Below, in pieces: positions 16,239 to 25,802 of a DNA stretch of 64,000 nucleotides (its first letter is position 1; each line of letters begins with the position of its first letter). The DNA lies in the IMG/VR virus record IMGVR_UViG_3300043447_000710, positions 1-64,000 of that record; one strand, written 5' to 3'. The notes below the pieces were generated by a model. The model was not told the origin of the DNA, made no database searches, and saw only the letters and a program-made list of their open reading frames with translations. A program made the position numbers and the translations under genes. The stretch is from a virus. Its lineage: Duplodnaviria; Caudoviricetes.

Positions 16239-16282
16239 GTGGTAACCTCATATAAAAAGGGAGTAGATATTATCTACTTCCT
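16239..16282 (-). promoter_or_regulatory. hairpin-ACCRC element, copy 18 (first in transcription order)
   Basis: GTGGT-AACCTCA-TAT-AAAAAGGGAGTAGATA t TATCTACTTCCT; no gene directly upstream. Confidence 0.75.
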
Positions 16283-16382
16283 AATTATTATGAGTAATCC
16301 AAAGGGGTCTAAAAACTTTTCTCGGTAGTCCTAGGTTTTTCAAATCTAAAGACCCCCTAGGATGTACTACCTAATATAAACC

Positions 16383-16546
16383 CAATTTTCAGCTGAGCTA
16401 ATTTTCTCCAGCTTTGTTTTTGTAGTACTGGCTAGTAAAACATAACCCAATTTCCAGCTAAGTTAATTTTCTCCAGCTTTGCTTTTGTATTACACACTAA
16501 ATAAAACGTTACACAATTTTCAGCTAAGTTAATTTTCTCCAGCTTC
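16383..16546. repeat. three ~65-bp-period direct repeats
   Basis: CAATTTYCAGCTRAGYTAATTTTCTCCAGCTT at 16383, 16448 and 16514. Confidence 0.85.
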
Positions 16547-16586
16547 GTTCATAAAGTAACGTTGTGCTTTTACAACTGTTGTAAGT

Positions 16587-16796
16587 CTACTGCTGCTGCT
16601 CATCTACTGTAGGTTCGTAATAATAGCCTGCTTTTAAACAAGCTTGCATAGTAGAATAACCAAAGCTACCTTTAAGAATTTTATGTTCTGGCTGTTTTAA
16701 TCTTGACTGCGTGTAAGGTACGTAACCGTTACCTTCATCTACTTCTAATAGTAAAGACCCTTTTAGATTTCGGCGCCATCGCATTTTGTTATGCAT
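16587..16796 (-). CDS. hypothetical protein
   Basis: 69-aa ORF at the end of the minus-strand late operon. Confidence 0.6.
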   Translation of the reverse strand: MHNKMRWRRNLKGSLLLEVDEGNGYVPYTQSRLKQPEHKILKGSFGYSTMQACLKAGYYYEPTVDEQQQ

Positions 16797-16804
16797 TTAG
16801 ATAC

Positions 16805-17104
16805 CTATAGATATTCTATGTTTAGGCCGATCTTCATATCGATTTCAGCTAGTAAGCTTTGTAGGATAGCTAACTGCGATCTTTGTGTTAAAGACAAGCC
16901 TTTGGTGTAAAGCTTATTAATGCTGTCTATTACTAGTTCTAATCTTTGCAGCTCGTAAAAATCTAATAATTGCCAGACGATAGTATCTGCTGTGGCGGCG
17001 CTGCAGTCGCACAGCACTTTCAGTCTTTCATGAGTAGCTTTAGTTACTCTGATTCTAGTTTCTTCTTCGTGGCCGCCGGCTCTATGCTTTAAATGTCTAG
17101 GCAT
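16805..17104 (-). CDS. ribbon-helix-helix-like DNA-binding protein
   Basis: TRIRVTKATHERLKVL..TADTIVWQLLDFYE pattern; start 17104 coupled to the upstream stop (TGATG). Confidence 0.55.
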   Translation of the reverse strand: MPRHLKHRAGGHEEETRIRVTKATHERLKVLCDCSAATADTIVWQLLDFYELQRLELVIDSINKLYTKGLSLTQRSQLAILQSLLAEIDMKIGLNIEYL

Positions 17105-17430
17105 CAAACAAATACACAATTACTACTAGAAATTATCGTGCCGCCGCTATCTGTAAGAGTTCCTAAATCTGCGGCTACCGTTCCTTCCACTAAAACATTA
17201 GATCCAGAAATTAGTACTTTACCTACCCAACTATAAAATGCGATGCCTCCCCAATACGGAAAAACTAAACCAGAGTAGAAGATCGGATCGTTGGCGCGCA
17301 CTATCGGTATTCCATCAGCAAATACAGTAAACTGAGTAGCTTGTGCTCGACCATAAGCTATACCTACACAAGGGCCGACCGGAGATCTAGTCGCCGTACA
17401 AACACTACCAGAAATTGCTACTAAACTCAT
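17104..17430 (-). CDS. PAAR-like spike tip protein
   Basis: VAISGS, VFADGIPIVRAND, VLVEGTVAADLG and IISSSNCVFV repeats; 108 aa. Confidence 0.7.
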   Translation of the reverse strand: MSLVAISGSVCTATRSPVGPCVGIAYGRAQATQFTVFADGIPIVRANDPIFYSGLVFPYWGGIAFYSWVGKVLISGSNVLVEGTVAADLGTLTDSGGTIISSSNCVFV

Positions 17431-18233
17431 AGGTCAAGTATAGCATCGAGAGAACTTAGACCTACATCTAACGAATTCTTTAAAGGATCTTCGCTTACAT
17501 TAGACATATCTCCAAGCGCTAAAATATTACGCCCGTCAATAGCCACCCTTACTAATGGAACCCTAGCCTCTAGGATGTCTTTGCATTTTAGACGGATGAG
17601 AGTTTGAAGGGTAGTTTGAGTCCGATCGTAATCTCTACAAAACGCATCATCTAGGTCGGCGACCCCATTAATCTTACGGTACGGCCGATAGTCTAAATTC
17701 GAACCCTTACCCCACAACGTTGTAAAACTACGACTACTAACATTGAGAGCTTCTCTAATTGCTATCGCTTCCGCACCTAATGCTTTTTCGCGATCGCTCG
17801 GCGCCCCACCAACGTCTAGCTGAAATCCGATACACTGCTTGCTTTTACTTTCATACCACCAATCTCCATCATCCCAAACTTGATATCTAGATTTGCCTAA
17901 GTAACCTTTACCTTCTAAGATTCCTGCAGTTATGGCTTCTGTCTCTACAGGCTTAGAATTTTGCACGTAATTAAATTCTGCTACTTCGAACTCTAATACG
18001 CATTGCAGTAATCCATCAGTTAATTTTCCTTTAAACTCGGAGTCTAGGATCTGACAATGATAAGCTTCTCTGTAATATTCTCTCTCGTTCGAATGCGCTT
18101 TCTGGTTTAAATAGATGTTCTCTAAAGATCTAAATCCGCCAAAGTAAGGTAACGAGTAAGTATCTCGATAGCTACTAAGCAAGATGTTTCGATCTTGAGA
18201 AAGTGGCGGTAGGTTAGTAAAGTTGTACGGCAT
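17427..18233 (-). CDS. hypothetical protein (possibly baseplate)
   Basis: 268 aa, translationally coupled within the structural operon. Confidence 0.6.
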   Translation of the reverse strand: MPYNFTNLPPLSQDRNILLSSYRDTYSLPYFGGFRSLENIYLNQKAHSNEREYYREAYHCQILDSEFKGKLTDGLLQCVLEFEVAEFNYVQNSKPVETEAITAGILEGKGYLGKSRYQVWDDGDWWYESKSKQCIGFQLDVGGAPSDREKALGAEAIAIREALNVSSRSFTTLWGKGSNLDYRPYRKINGVADLDDAFCRDYDRTQTTLQTLIRLKCKDILEARVPLVRVAIDGRNILALGDMSNVSEDPLKNSLDVGLSSLDAILDL

Positions 18234-20149
18234 TAAATAGAGTAGCTAGTATTACTAGGGATTAAATTTAGGTCGGCTGTCAAAACTGATGAGTTGTAGA
18301 ACAAGTAATGCCCGAATCCATTAACTACGCCTCCCCCACCCGGAGAAGTAGCAACTGCGTTTTTCCAACCCATTCGATAGTAGCGATAGTGCTTGCTGAT
18401 GTTACTAGTATCTAAGATATAAAATCTATAGCTTCCAGATGCAACCAATGGGGTTAGTAAAGAAAGATCTGTGTAATCGCCGGTAATACTAAAACCAGGA
18501 ATGACATACTCAAAAACCGACCACTTAGCTGGATTTGTTAAGTTTGCGTTTGACGGCAGCGTTAATGAGTTTGTAGCCCAAATACAGAAAGTAGCACTAT
18601 TCGCTGCGGTGTCTAGCTTGACGTTTGCTAGTAAATTCGTTGTTGGAAATGGGATCGCGACCTTCCCAATCTTAACCTTGTTTTTACCAAAGTTAACATA
18701 GAAACATTCTGGTAGGTCGATCCGCATTTGGTTTAAGACGCCGCCATTAGCTACTAGATTGTTTGAAGCGACATCTGTATTTAAGTTACCAACGCTTTTT
18801 ACAAAGACATTCTTTCTGGGTGGAAATGAATTAATGCTAGTCATCTCACCAGCTACGTTCAAACCCGTCTGCCCCCAGCCTAGAAAGTACTGATTATTGT
18901 AAGGCATTCTAGTATCTCTATTGGCGATTGCGCCCATAGTTGCCGGACCCGCACCGTGATTACCAGCCGCAGAAATAAAATATGCTAGCGCTCCTGAAAA
19001 GTTAGATCCGGTAATAGCAGGTACTAAACCGCGTCTAGCTCCTAATCTGATCCCATTAGTTAAGGTCGGCGATACGCCACCAAACGCTGAGTTAGCACCC
19101 GTACGAACAGCATTAAGCCATAAAGAGCGAGCCGTACCTTGGCTGCTGTAATAAATTAAATTGCCACTTCCAATATCTAAGGTGTTAGTACTAGTCAAAG
19201 CTTCAGCAGTATGAGGAGATCCGGCTGTTATAAATAAAACTTCAACTGCGTTAGTAGGTGTCTTTCTGACTACATAGCCCCCACTACTATTGTTTGTAGT
19301 CGTGTCTAATAATATCTCTTGAGTGCTACTTACCGCTGGAATGATATAAAGCAAAAAACTAAATTCTGACGCTGTGTTTCCAGAAGTTAGAGTAAAGTCA
19401 GCGCCGTTAGTAGTTGTATTACCTACCGTAATGTAAGAGTCTACACCATTAAACGTAGCTAACTTATTAAAGCCAAACTTAAGCGAGCTTAGAACTGGGA
19501 AGGTAATGTTGTTATAAGCTAGGTCGTGCCGGTCTGTAAAGTCGTAAGAATGGTTTGTATTTCCGACAACATAACATTTTGGTGTCAAGTCAAAAGGAGC
19601 TGCGGCGTGAAACAGGTAATACCCACTAGTCACTGCGCCGCCTGGAGTGTAACGAAGATTGTTACTACTTCTAATTAGAGATACGATATCTCCATACAAT
19701 GGGAATCCGCTGAAATTTCCGACATCATATTTAAACCCTGGTTGGGAGATATGTAAAGGCTGCCCGCCAGTACTAAACCTTACGCCAAATCTACCAGCAA
19801 CGTATGAAGTGCTTTCTCCGAGATTGTTTCGAAAGTCAAAAAACAACCATACCGGATCGCTAGGGTCTGGATTCGCACCTACTCTAACTGCGATACAAAT
19901 ACCAACGATCGTTTGAGCCCAATTAAGAGAAGACCAAGTTGCATCTTGTACGTTCCAGTAAGTAACCCCGCTACTAACCGAAGTAGTTATGGTTAATGGC
20001 AAACTAGAGTAGCCAACTGTAGTTGTCGGTAATGCTAACTGTGCTACTGATAAGGCACCTTCACTAGGAACTGCTGTAACTACATGTGCGTAAAAGTTAC
20101 TAGTAGTTAAAGGTGGAGAAAACTCGTAGGTACTAAAAACAAAAGCCAT
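18233..20149 (-). CDS. tail fibre/receptor-binding protein with LamG (ConA-like) domain
   Basis: FNGVDSYITV..FSFLLYI..LWLNAV..IRLGAR..FSGALA LamG pattern; G/N/T-rich. Confidence 0.65.
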   Translation of the reverse strand: MAFVFSTYEFSPPLTTSNFYAHVVTAVPSEGALSVAQLALPTTTVGYSSLPLTITTSVSSGVTYWNVQDATWSSLNWAQTIVGICIAVRVGANPDPSDPVWLFFDFRNNLGESTSYVAGRFGVRFSTGGQPLHISQPGFKYDVGNFSGFPLYGDIVSLIRSSNNLRYTPGGAVTSGYYLFHAAAPFDLTPKCYVVGNTNHSYDFTDRHDLAYNNITFPVLSSLKFGFNKLATFNGVDSYITVGNTTTNGADFTLTSGNTASEFSFLLYIIPAVSSTQEILLDTTTNNSSGGYVVRKTPTNAVEVLFITAGSPHTAEALTSTNTLDIGSGNLIYYSSQGTARSLWLNAVRTGANSAFGGVSPTLTNGIRLGARRGLVPAITGSNFSGALAYFISAAGNHGAGPATMGAIANRDTRMPYNNQYFLGWGQTGLNVAGEMTSINSFPPRKNVFVKSVGNLNTDVASNNLVANGGVLNQMRIDLPECFYVNFGKNKVKIGKVAIPFPTTNLLANVKLDTAANSATFCIWATNSLTLPSNANLTNPAKWSVFEYVIPGFSITGDYTDLSLLTPLVASGSYRFYILDTSNISKHYRYYRMGWKNAVATSPGGGGVVNGFGHYLFYNSSVLTADLNLIPSNTSYSI

Positions 20150-20156
20150 AGATAGA

Positions 20157-21668
20157 TTAAATTACTATATCTAGAGAATCAGTTGTTTGGAAGGCCCATA
20201 CACTTATAGCGTCTAAGCTTCCAAAGGAAAAATAAGTTGGCTCGCAAACAACTTCTATAGAAGTACTAGTTTCTGCAAAACCTGAAGGCACCATTAAGTC
20301 AAATGCTTCAACAGTTACAGCTTTTGTTTGATAGCTTAAACCAAAACTCTTTTCTAACCATAACCCTTGAGAGTCTGTCGAGCGAATCAGAATTTCATAA
20401 TCTGCTTGACTACCATTAACAAAAGAAGTCGCCGCTAGTTGTGCAGAACTTCCTCCGCTCAAACCAAAGTATGGAGCTAACCCGCCGCCAGTAATAGAAT
20501 AGGTATGAGTTTGAAAATTATCTGGATCGCTAGTAACTAGAGTACCAAAGCTGGGCTCGCTAGAAAGCAAATAGTAATTTGATAATTCTATATCAGAAGG
20601 AATCTCTGGCATCTGAACTATGTCGATTACTAACGGAGTCTCGACAAACAAACCGCCAGTAGTAGTAGCTCTAACTCGGCAACGATATTCTGTCTTGTTC
20701 TCGTAATCTGTAGTGGTGTTAATGTTTAGGTTATTGCCGGTTATAAAGAAAAAAGAATTGTCTGCGTCGCCATCACCACTAACCAAACTATAAGTCGAAG
20801 TAGTCGCAATGTCTGGATCGTTATTAGAAAGAACGGCAACTATAGTCGGATTTGGATTACCTTCTAATAACAATAACGTTGAAAATTCTTGTTGGCTTTG
20901 GTTATCTAGAAAGCTTTGGGCGAAGGAAAACTGACTTGGGGTGACGCCAGCTACTCCAGTCCATGAGATCTGACCGTTTGCATCTTGAGCGAAACCTCCA
21001 TTACTATTATTGCTGGTAACTGTATTAGTAAGCGTGTAAGTACCAGCTATAGTTGAAAACGTTGGATTCTGTCTGACTTCAATTGGGAATCCAAAGGCAA
21101 AGATTTGTGTTGGCGGTTCGTTAAGATCGTTAACCGTCAAAGTCAAACTTTTCTCAAACGTTAGGTTTTGACTGTCAGTAACTTTGACTCTGATGGAATA
21201 GGAATTTTTTACTTCATAGTTTGCACTTTCTAATAAGAGTAACGCACTGCCGCTAATAGAAAATTTCTGATTGTCAACGTCACCGACGCCAGAAGTTAAC
21301 GAATATGTAAATGTATCGCCGGAATCATTATCAGCCGCAGACAAAACTGCAACTTGAGAACCTACTGCTAAAGTCTCATCAAAACTAGTAGGAGTTGCAA
21401 TGATGTTATAGGGAGCTGAGCTAACTGGATAAACAGCTCTACTCAAGCCTAACTTATAACTATCGTCTTTATATAAAACTGCTTCGATTAGCTGAGTCCC
21501 TACGGCGAGCCCAGAAACTTCTATATCTATAAATTCTAGGGAAGCTTCGATAAATACTTTCTGTCTGGACACTAGATATGAAACAGTACCGATCCGTCCT
21601 AGAATTTCTAGGCGGACGAATGCATCTGCTAGGTCTAACTCTTGAATGCGAAATATCCTAATCTGCAT
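20157..21668 (-). CDS. cadherin-repeat virion protein
   Basis: three cadherin-like repeats (DNDSGDTFTYSL..NYEVKNSYSIRVKVTD..LTVNDLNE). Confidence 0.8.
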   Translation of the reverse strand: MQIRIFRIQELDLADAFVRLEILGRIGTVSYLVSRQKVFIEASLEFIDIEVSGLAVGTQLIEAVLYKDDSYKLGLSRAVYPVSSAPYNIIATPTSFDETLAVGSQVAVLSAADNDSGDTFTYSLTSGVGDVDNQKFSISGSALLLLESANYEVKNSYSIRVKVTDSQNLTFEKSLTLTVNDLNEPPTQIFAFGFPIEVRQNPTFSTIAGTYTLTNTVTSNNSNGGFAQDANGQISWTGVAGVTPSQFSFAQSFLDNQSQQEFSTLLLLEGNPNPTIVAVLSNNDPDIATTSTYSLVSGDGDADNSFFFITGNNLNINTTTDYENKTEYRCRVRATTTGGLFVETPLVIDIVQMPEIPSDIELSNYYLLSSEPSFGTLVTSDPDNFQTHTYSITGGGLAPYFGLSGGSSAQLAATSFVNGSQADYEILIRSTDSQGLWLEKSFGLSYQTKAVTVEAFDLMVPSGFAETSTSIEVVCEPTYFSFGSLDAISVWAFQTTDSLDIVI

Positions 21669-23174
21669 TTACACACCTAGATAAACTAACGGTAGATCTT
21701 CTACGGTCAAGATGCTAATGCCTGCTCCAGGCTGTATGTTATAACTAACGTCTGGCACTAACTCAGCGGTAAGTTGCCGCAGCGGTCTATAACTACTACT
21801 AGGTTTGGCGTAGACCGTAGCAATCGCTTCCCTACCAACGATTAAAGTTTCACCATCAAAATCGTACTCGCTTAAAGTTCCACTAGAAACTGAGAGTGCC
21901 ACTTTTGCAGAAATCGAATAGCCAGTAAATCCTGTAACTCTAGCTATAGACAGGTTTGAAATCTCTCCTTCTTTAATTGCAGTAGGCAGAAACTCTAGTT
22001 TTAGAAGTTGCGTATCGACGATCGCCACGATCGCTTCTCGTGGTGAAGCGACGTAATCTATTCTTTGTGGGATAGACGCTACTACTTTTACGTCTTCGCC
22101 CAATTGGTATTCTGTAGAGGAGGCATACGCAATCTTTTTAACCGTCTCGCCGACTCCAAATTCTACGCTGAAAGTCTCTGTGCGTTCGAATCCAGTAGCC
22201 ACAATGCTTACAAAGATTAATACTTCTCGATCTAAAGCACCAGTTCTCGTAACTGTAAAGTCAAAACTTTCGCCTGCGGCTACTTGTGCCGGTGCTGAAA
22301 TACCTACTAGAAATCTATCGCTGTTGCCGAACTCACAAAAAGCAGTCATTCTTGCAGAATCAGATTTGTTAAGTAATCGTTCCGACCTGCTTAAAGCACT
22401 ACGACTGATAAAGATTGAAGCTTCCTGTTGTACTATTCGTTGCGTGCCGCTGCCACTAGCTTCTAACAACCAAAGATTTCTAACTAATTCGGGCTTGCCC
22501 CCGACTTGATTGGACTCGTCTAAAATTACTACTGCTATCCAAACGTCGCTAATATCCGCTAATAGTTTCCCGCTGTTCTCAGCTAAAGAAAAGATTTTAG
22601 TTATAGGATCTCTATATAGATCATCTAGAGAAGGCGCCGCCCCTAACTGCCCTTCTCTTACAAGAATAAAAGCCCGCTCTCCTTTTACTAAAGTGCCGGT
22701 TCTAATTCCTAGCGTTACTGTAAATCTATGCGCTAATCTTGTTCCACTATCCGTTAATACAGTGTTAAGTACGTTCGCTCTGTCATTAGGCTGTAACTCT
22801 TTAACTATCCAAACTACTAGAGTTTGAACTTCTACGCCGACGGTAAAAGTAATATATACCCAGTCGGCGTGTGCTAAGGATTCTAGCAAAGCTAAATCCG
22901 AATTATTATCGCCAAAATATCTGTCTGTAAGCCCAGTGTATAAAAGCTGCCAGTATTTATCGGACACCGAATACTGACTTCCGCTAATATAACCAAACGT
23001 AGTTAGGTCTATACTGTCGCCACCATCAAAGTCTAGTAGATCTCCAGGAGCTCCGATCCACAAAGGACAGTTTAAAGTCGCTAAGCGTAACAAGTCTTCA
23101 GAGCTAAGATATTTACTTAGCTGCGAGTAACCACCAAAGGCCGCTCCAATTTTATCTATTTTTTCAATTAACAC
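21669..23174 (-). CDS. structural protein with Calx-beta/Ig-like C-terminal domains
   Basis: AGESFDFTVTRTG..VEFGVGETVKKI pattern. Confidence 0.55.
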   Translation of the reverse strand: MLIEKIDKIGAAFGGYSQLSKYLSSEDLLRLATLNCPLWIGAPGDLLDFDGGDSIDLTTFGYISGSQYSVSDKYWQLLYTGLTDRYFGDNNSDLALLESLAHADWVYITFTVGVEVQTLVVWIVKELQPNDRANVLNTVLTDSGTRLAHRFTVTLGIRTGTLVKGERAFILVREGQLGAAPSLDDLYRDPITKIFSLAENSGKLLADISDVWIAVVILDESNQVGGKPELVRNLWLLEASGSGTQRIVQQEASIFISRSALSRSERLLNKSDSARMTAFCEFGNSDRFLVGISAPAQVAAGESFDFTVTRTGALDREVLIFVSIVATGFERTETFSVEFGVGETVKKIAYASSTEYQLGEDVKVVASIPQRIDYVASPREAIVAIVDTQLLKLEFLPTAIKEGEISNLSIARVTGFTGYSISAKVALSVSSGTLSEYDFDGETLIVGREAIATVYAKPSSSYRPLRQLTAELVPDVSYNIQPGAGISILTVEDLPLVYLGV

Positions 23175-25237
23175 TAACCCAACCTCTCAAGCGCAGTCGC
23201 TGCTAATCCATCTACATCTCCAAAAGCAACGATCTCGTTAAGGGCTTCTGTTTTTTCAGCGGCACTCAAACTACTAGTCATTAACGAACCTACGGCGCGT
23301 CTTGTATCGCCGTCTCTAGCCAAAGCTAAAAGCTGTGTTTTAGTGTTTGCCTGCGCTAAGTAATTAGCAAACGGCGGCGAATACGTAGCTACCGTCTGCT
23401 TTAAAAAATCCGCTCCTAAGCTGGCAATTCTAGAAACTTCGTTCGAACGCGCAGGGTCAGAAGGCCGAACGTTACTGTAGTCTCTGCCAGCAATGCTAGT
23501 TACTAATGATTCAAAAACATTGCCGACCAAACTTGGGGCGCCGCCCACTTCTGTAGAATTACTAAGCGAGTTAGCACTTGCTAACTGAGATGTTGGCTGT
23601 TGGCGATCGGCAGTCGCAGCCTCTACTGGTGCTTTATCCTTAGAGTTTATAGCGAGCGGATAATCAGTGACGAACATATCTATGGCATAGTAAGCGCGGT
23701 CTACATGTACGAATTGAAATCTTACTGCTGTAATAACGCCTGTATACCTAATAAAGTCACCTAACCCCGCCCCTGTTAACTTAAAACTACTTTGATTGTT
23801 AGCTGGTTTTACTTCTAAAGTAACCACTCGTCCTGGCTGTACTAGCTCTCGATCGATGGTTTTAGCTACGTCAATCGCTCCTTCGAGGGCACTAACATTA
23901 GGGTTGTCTACTTTAAAGTTAGAACCGACTTCGTAAAATTTGGGTACGTTAGGCGTTCCTGCTCTATAAGCATAAGCGACGCTCTCATTACCAATTAACG
24001 CCCCAACTACGGTTAATTTAGTACCGCCGACGCCAATTGTCTGCACTACCGGGCCTGCCCCAGGAACTACTTGCATCTTATGTCGCATTGTAGTATGAAC
24101 CGGAATCCCAGTTTTACTTTCAGGAACGTTCCAGCCGTTAGCTCTAGACTCCCTAGCCGGCGCAAACGCAAATACAAACGACTTATAAATTTCTTCTGAA
24201 TCTTTGTAAATGATTCGATAAAAAGCAGTTTTTGGATCGTAACTGTCTGCTAACTCTAAATCTTTAGACGCATCTTCTCGTGCAGCTTCAGTTCTGAGTT
24301 TAGTTATTAGCTTATCGTTTAATGGTTTATAACCGTCAGTAAGTACGTTTATAGGCAGGTTGTATTTTAAGCCGTCGTTATCTATAGCTAAGTAGTAAGG
24401 TAAGTTATCTTCGTCTACGATAATTCCCGAAATCTTAAGCGTCTTTATAGGTTTTTTTAATTGGTCGTAGCTCTTGAGAGCATCGGTTCGATATCTCTCT
24501 AGGGTAGCTGTGTCTTTTACTAAATTTCCGCCAATCCCGACGTAAAATTTTAAGGTTGGAGTTCTTATCAACCCACCTATCTCTTCCGCGTTTTTAGGAC
24601 TTTTACCATCTTCGCCTTTGACAAACTGACCTATACCTCTTCCATATCTAGCATAAACTTCTTTAGCTTGAGTTTCTAGATCGGAACTTTTAGGTTTGGT
24701 ATTATTAGACGTTGCTGTATTATTAGTTAATGGCCTTGCCAAACTAGCGTAGAACAAAAAGTTATTTTGCCCTTCAGATATTATATAGACAACGTTGTTA
24801 GCAGTTACTGCAATATCCGTAATTAAAAATCCATTAGATTGATTAGCATCCATCTCTGCCAGCGATCTAATCGCACTATCTCTTACCTTCTCAAGAAGTT
24901 TACTATCGTCCGGTAAAGTTAGAAGCGTACTTTTAGTCGCGACGGCAACAAATTTAGGAGGTGTTGCTACACTACTACTTACACTACTAGCAACTAATAA
25001 AAGTCCGGTTCCATCAACTTGTCTTCTAAAGCCTAAATAATCACCGTAATCTTTCAAAGCTTGTTGAATCCAACCGTAGTATAAGTTTTTACTACTTTGA
25101 GTAAAACTTTGAGAACTAAAAACGTCTTTAGATTTTGCGATCTTATACTCATTGGCGTTTAAACCTTCATTAGTATTTAAAAACACATTCTCTGTATTTT
25201 TAGTAGAAGCATAAGCAACTAAAACTTCATCAGCCAT
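23174..25237 (-). CDS. tail/baseplate protein with P2 gpU-like (tube initiator) region
   Basis: HKMQVVPGAGPVVQTIGVGGTKLTVVG motif; structural operon context. Confidence 0.45.
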   Translation of the reverse strand: MADEVLVAYASTKNTENVFLNTNEGLNANEYKIAKSKDVFSSQSFTQSSKNLYYGWIQQALKDYGDYLGFRRQVDGTGLLLVASSVSSSVATPPKFVAVATKSTLLTLPDDSKLLEKVRDSAIRSLAEMDANQSNGFLITDIAVTANNVVYIISEGQNNFLFYASLARPLTNNTATSNNTKPKSSDLETQAKEVYARYGRGIGQFVKGEDGKSPKNAEEIGGLIRTPTLKFYVGIGGNLVKDTATLERYRTDALKSYDQLKKPIKTLKISGIIVDEDNLPYYLAIDNDGLKYNLPINVLTDGYKPLNDKLITKLRTEAAREDASKDLELADSYDPKTAFYRIIYKDSEEIYKSFVFAFAPARESRANGWNVPESKTGIPVHTTMRHKMQVVPGAGPVVQTIGVGGTKLTVVGALIGNESVAYAYRAGTPNVPKFYEVGSNFKVDNPNVSALEGAIDVAKTIDRELVQPGRVVTLEVKPANNQSSFKLTGAGLGDFIRYTGVITAVRFQFVHVDRAYYAIDMFVTDYPLAINSKDKAPVEAATADRQQPTSQLASANSLSNSTEVGGAPSLVGNVFESLVTSIAGRDYSNVRPSDPARSNEVSRIASLGADFLKQTVATYSPPFANYLAQANTKTQLLALARDGDTRRAVGSLMTSSLSAAEKTEALNEIVAFGDVDGLAATALERLG

Positions 25238-25802
25238 GTAATGCCAGCTCCTTAACTTCAGCTAATTTACTAGTACACCAAGCATGACGAAGCTTAACTG
25301 TCTGAGCTCCTAATAATGCATGGTGGTTGCCTTCAGTTTCTAAAGACGCCGGCCAATCTAAAGTACTTAAGCCTAATTGCTGTTCGCAGAACTGAACCGT
25401 ATCGTTGCAATACATTGGGTAACCCTTAGGTAAATCGGCCATCGTCCCAAATATCTGGCACAAACACAACCAATCATACGCCGCCCAATCAGCCCAAAAC
25501 TCTGGAGTACCGTATAAATCCGGCGAGCAAAAACTTAAGATGTCATTTTTAATCTGTCGTTTATATTTCCAGGCTAATGACAAAGATTTTTTATTTGGAG
25601 ACAGCGACCAGTCGCTTAAGTTTAGATCTTTACCAGGCAAACAAGAAAGCACGTTTTCTACTATCCACTCATTAGCTCTGCGCGGATCGAACTCTCTACT
25701 GACCGCGTAATACTCTCTGCCGTCCTCAGCCACGATTCCAATCGAGATAAGATCTAACGTCTTATGGTTCTCTATAAATTCACAATCTATAAAATAGCGC
25801 AT
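25230..25802 (-). CDS. DEDDh 3'-5' exoribonuclease, Rv2179c/DUF5051-like
   Basis: YFIDCEF, LISIGIVAEDGREYYAV, WAAYDW and HHAL motifs. Confidence 0.85.
   Translation of the reverse strand: MRYFIDCEFIENHKTLDLISIGIVAEDGREYYAVSREFDPRRANEWIVENVLSCLPGKDLNLSDWSLSPNKKSLSLAWKYKRQIKNDILSFCSPDLYGTPEFWADWAAYDWLCLCQIFGTMADLPKGYPMYCNDTVQFCEQQLGLSTLDWPASLETEGNHHALLGAQTVKLRHAWCTSKLAEVKELALHG

Noticed and set aside
2913-16282. Classical integron with attC sites
   Set aside because: No RYYYAAC/GTTRRRY boxes and no tyrosine integrase in the window; only the cassette-like architecture is shared
2913-16282. Elements as ordinary sigma70 promoters or as CRISPR repeats
   Set aside because: No consistent TTGACA-N17-TATAAT, and the intervening sequences are whole genes of variable length
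16383-16546. Mini-CRISPR array (33-nt repeats, 32-33-nt spacers)
   Set aside because: The two spacers resemble each other (GYTTTTGTAKTAC..TAAAAC), the repeat is not palindromic and no cas genes are visible; treated as a tandem repeat
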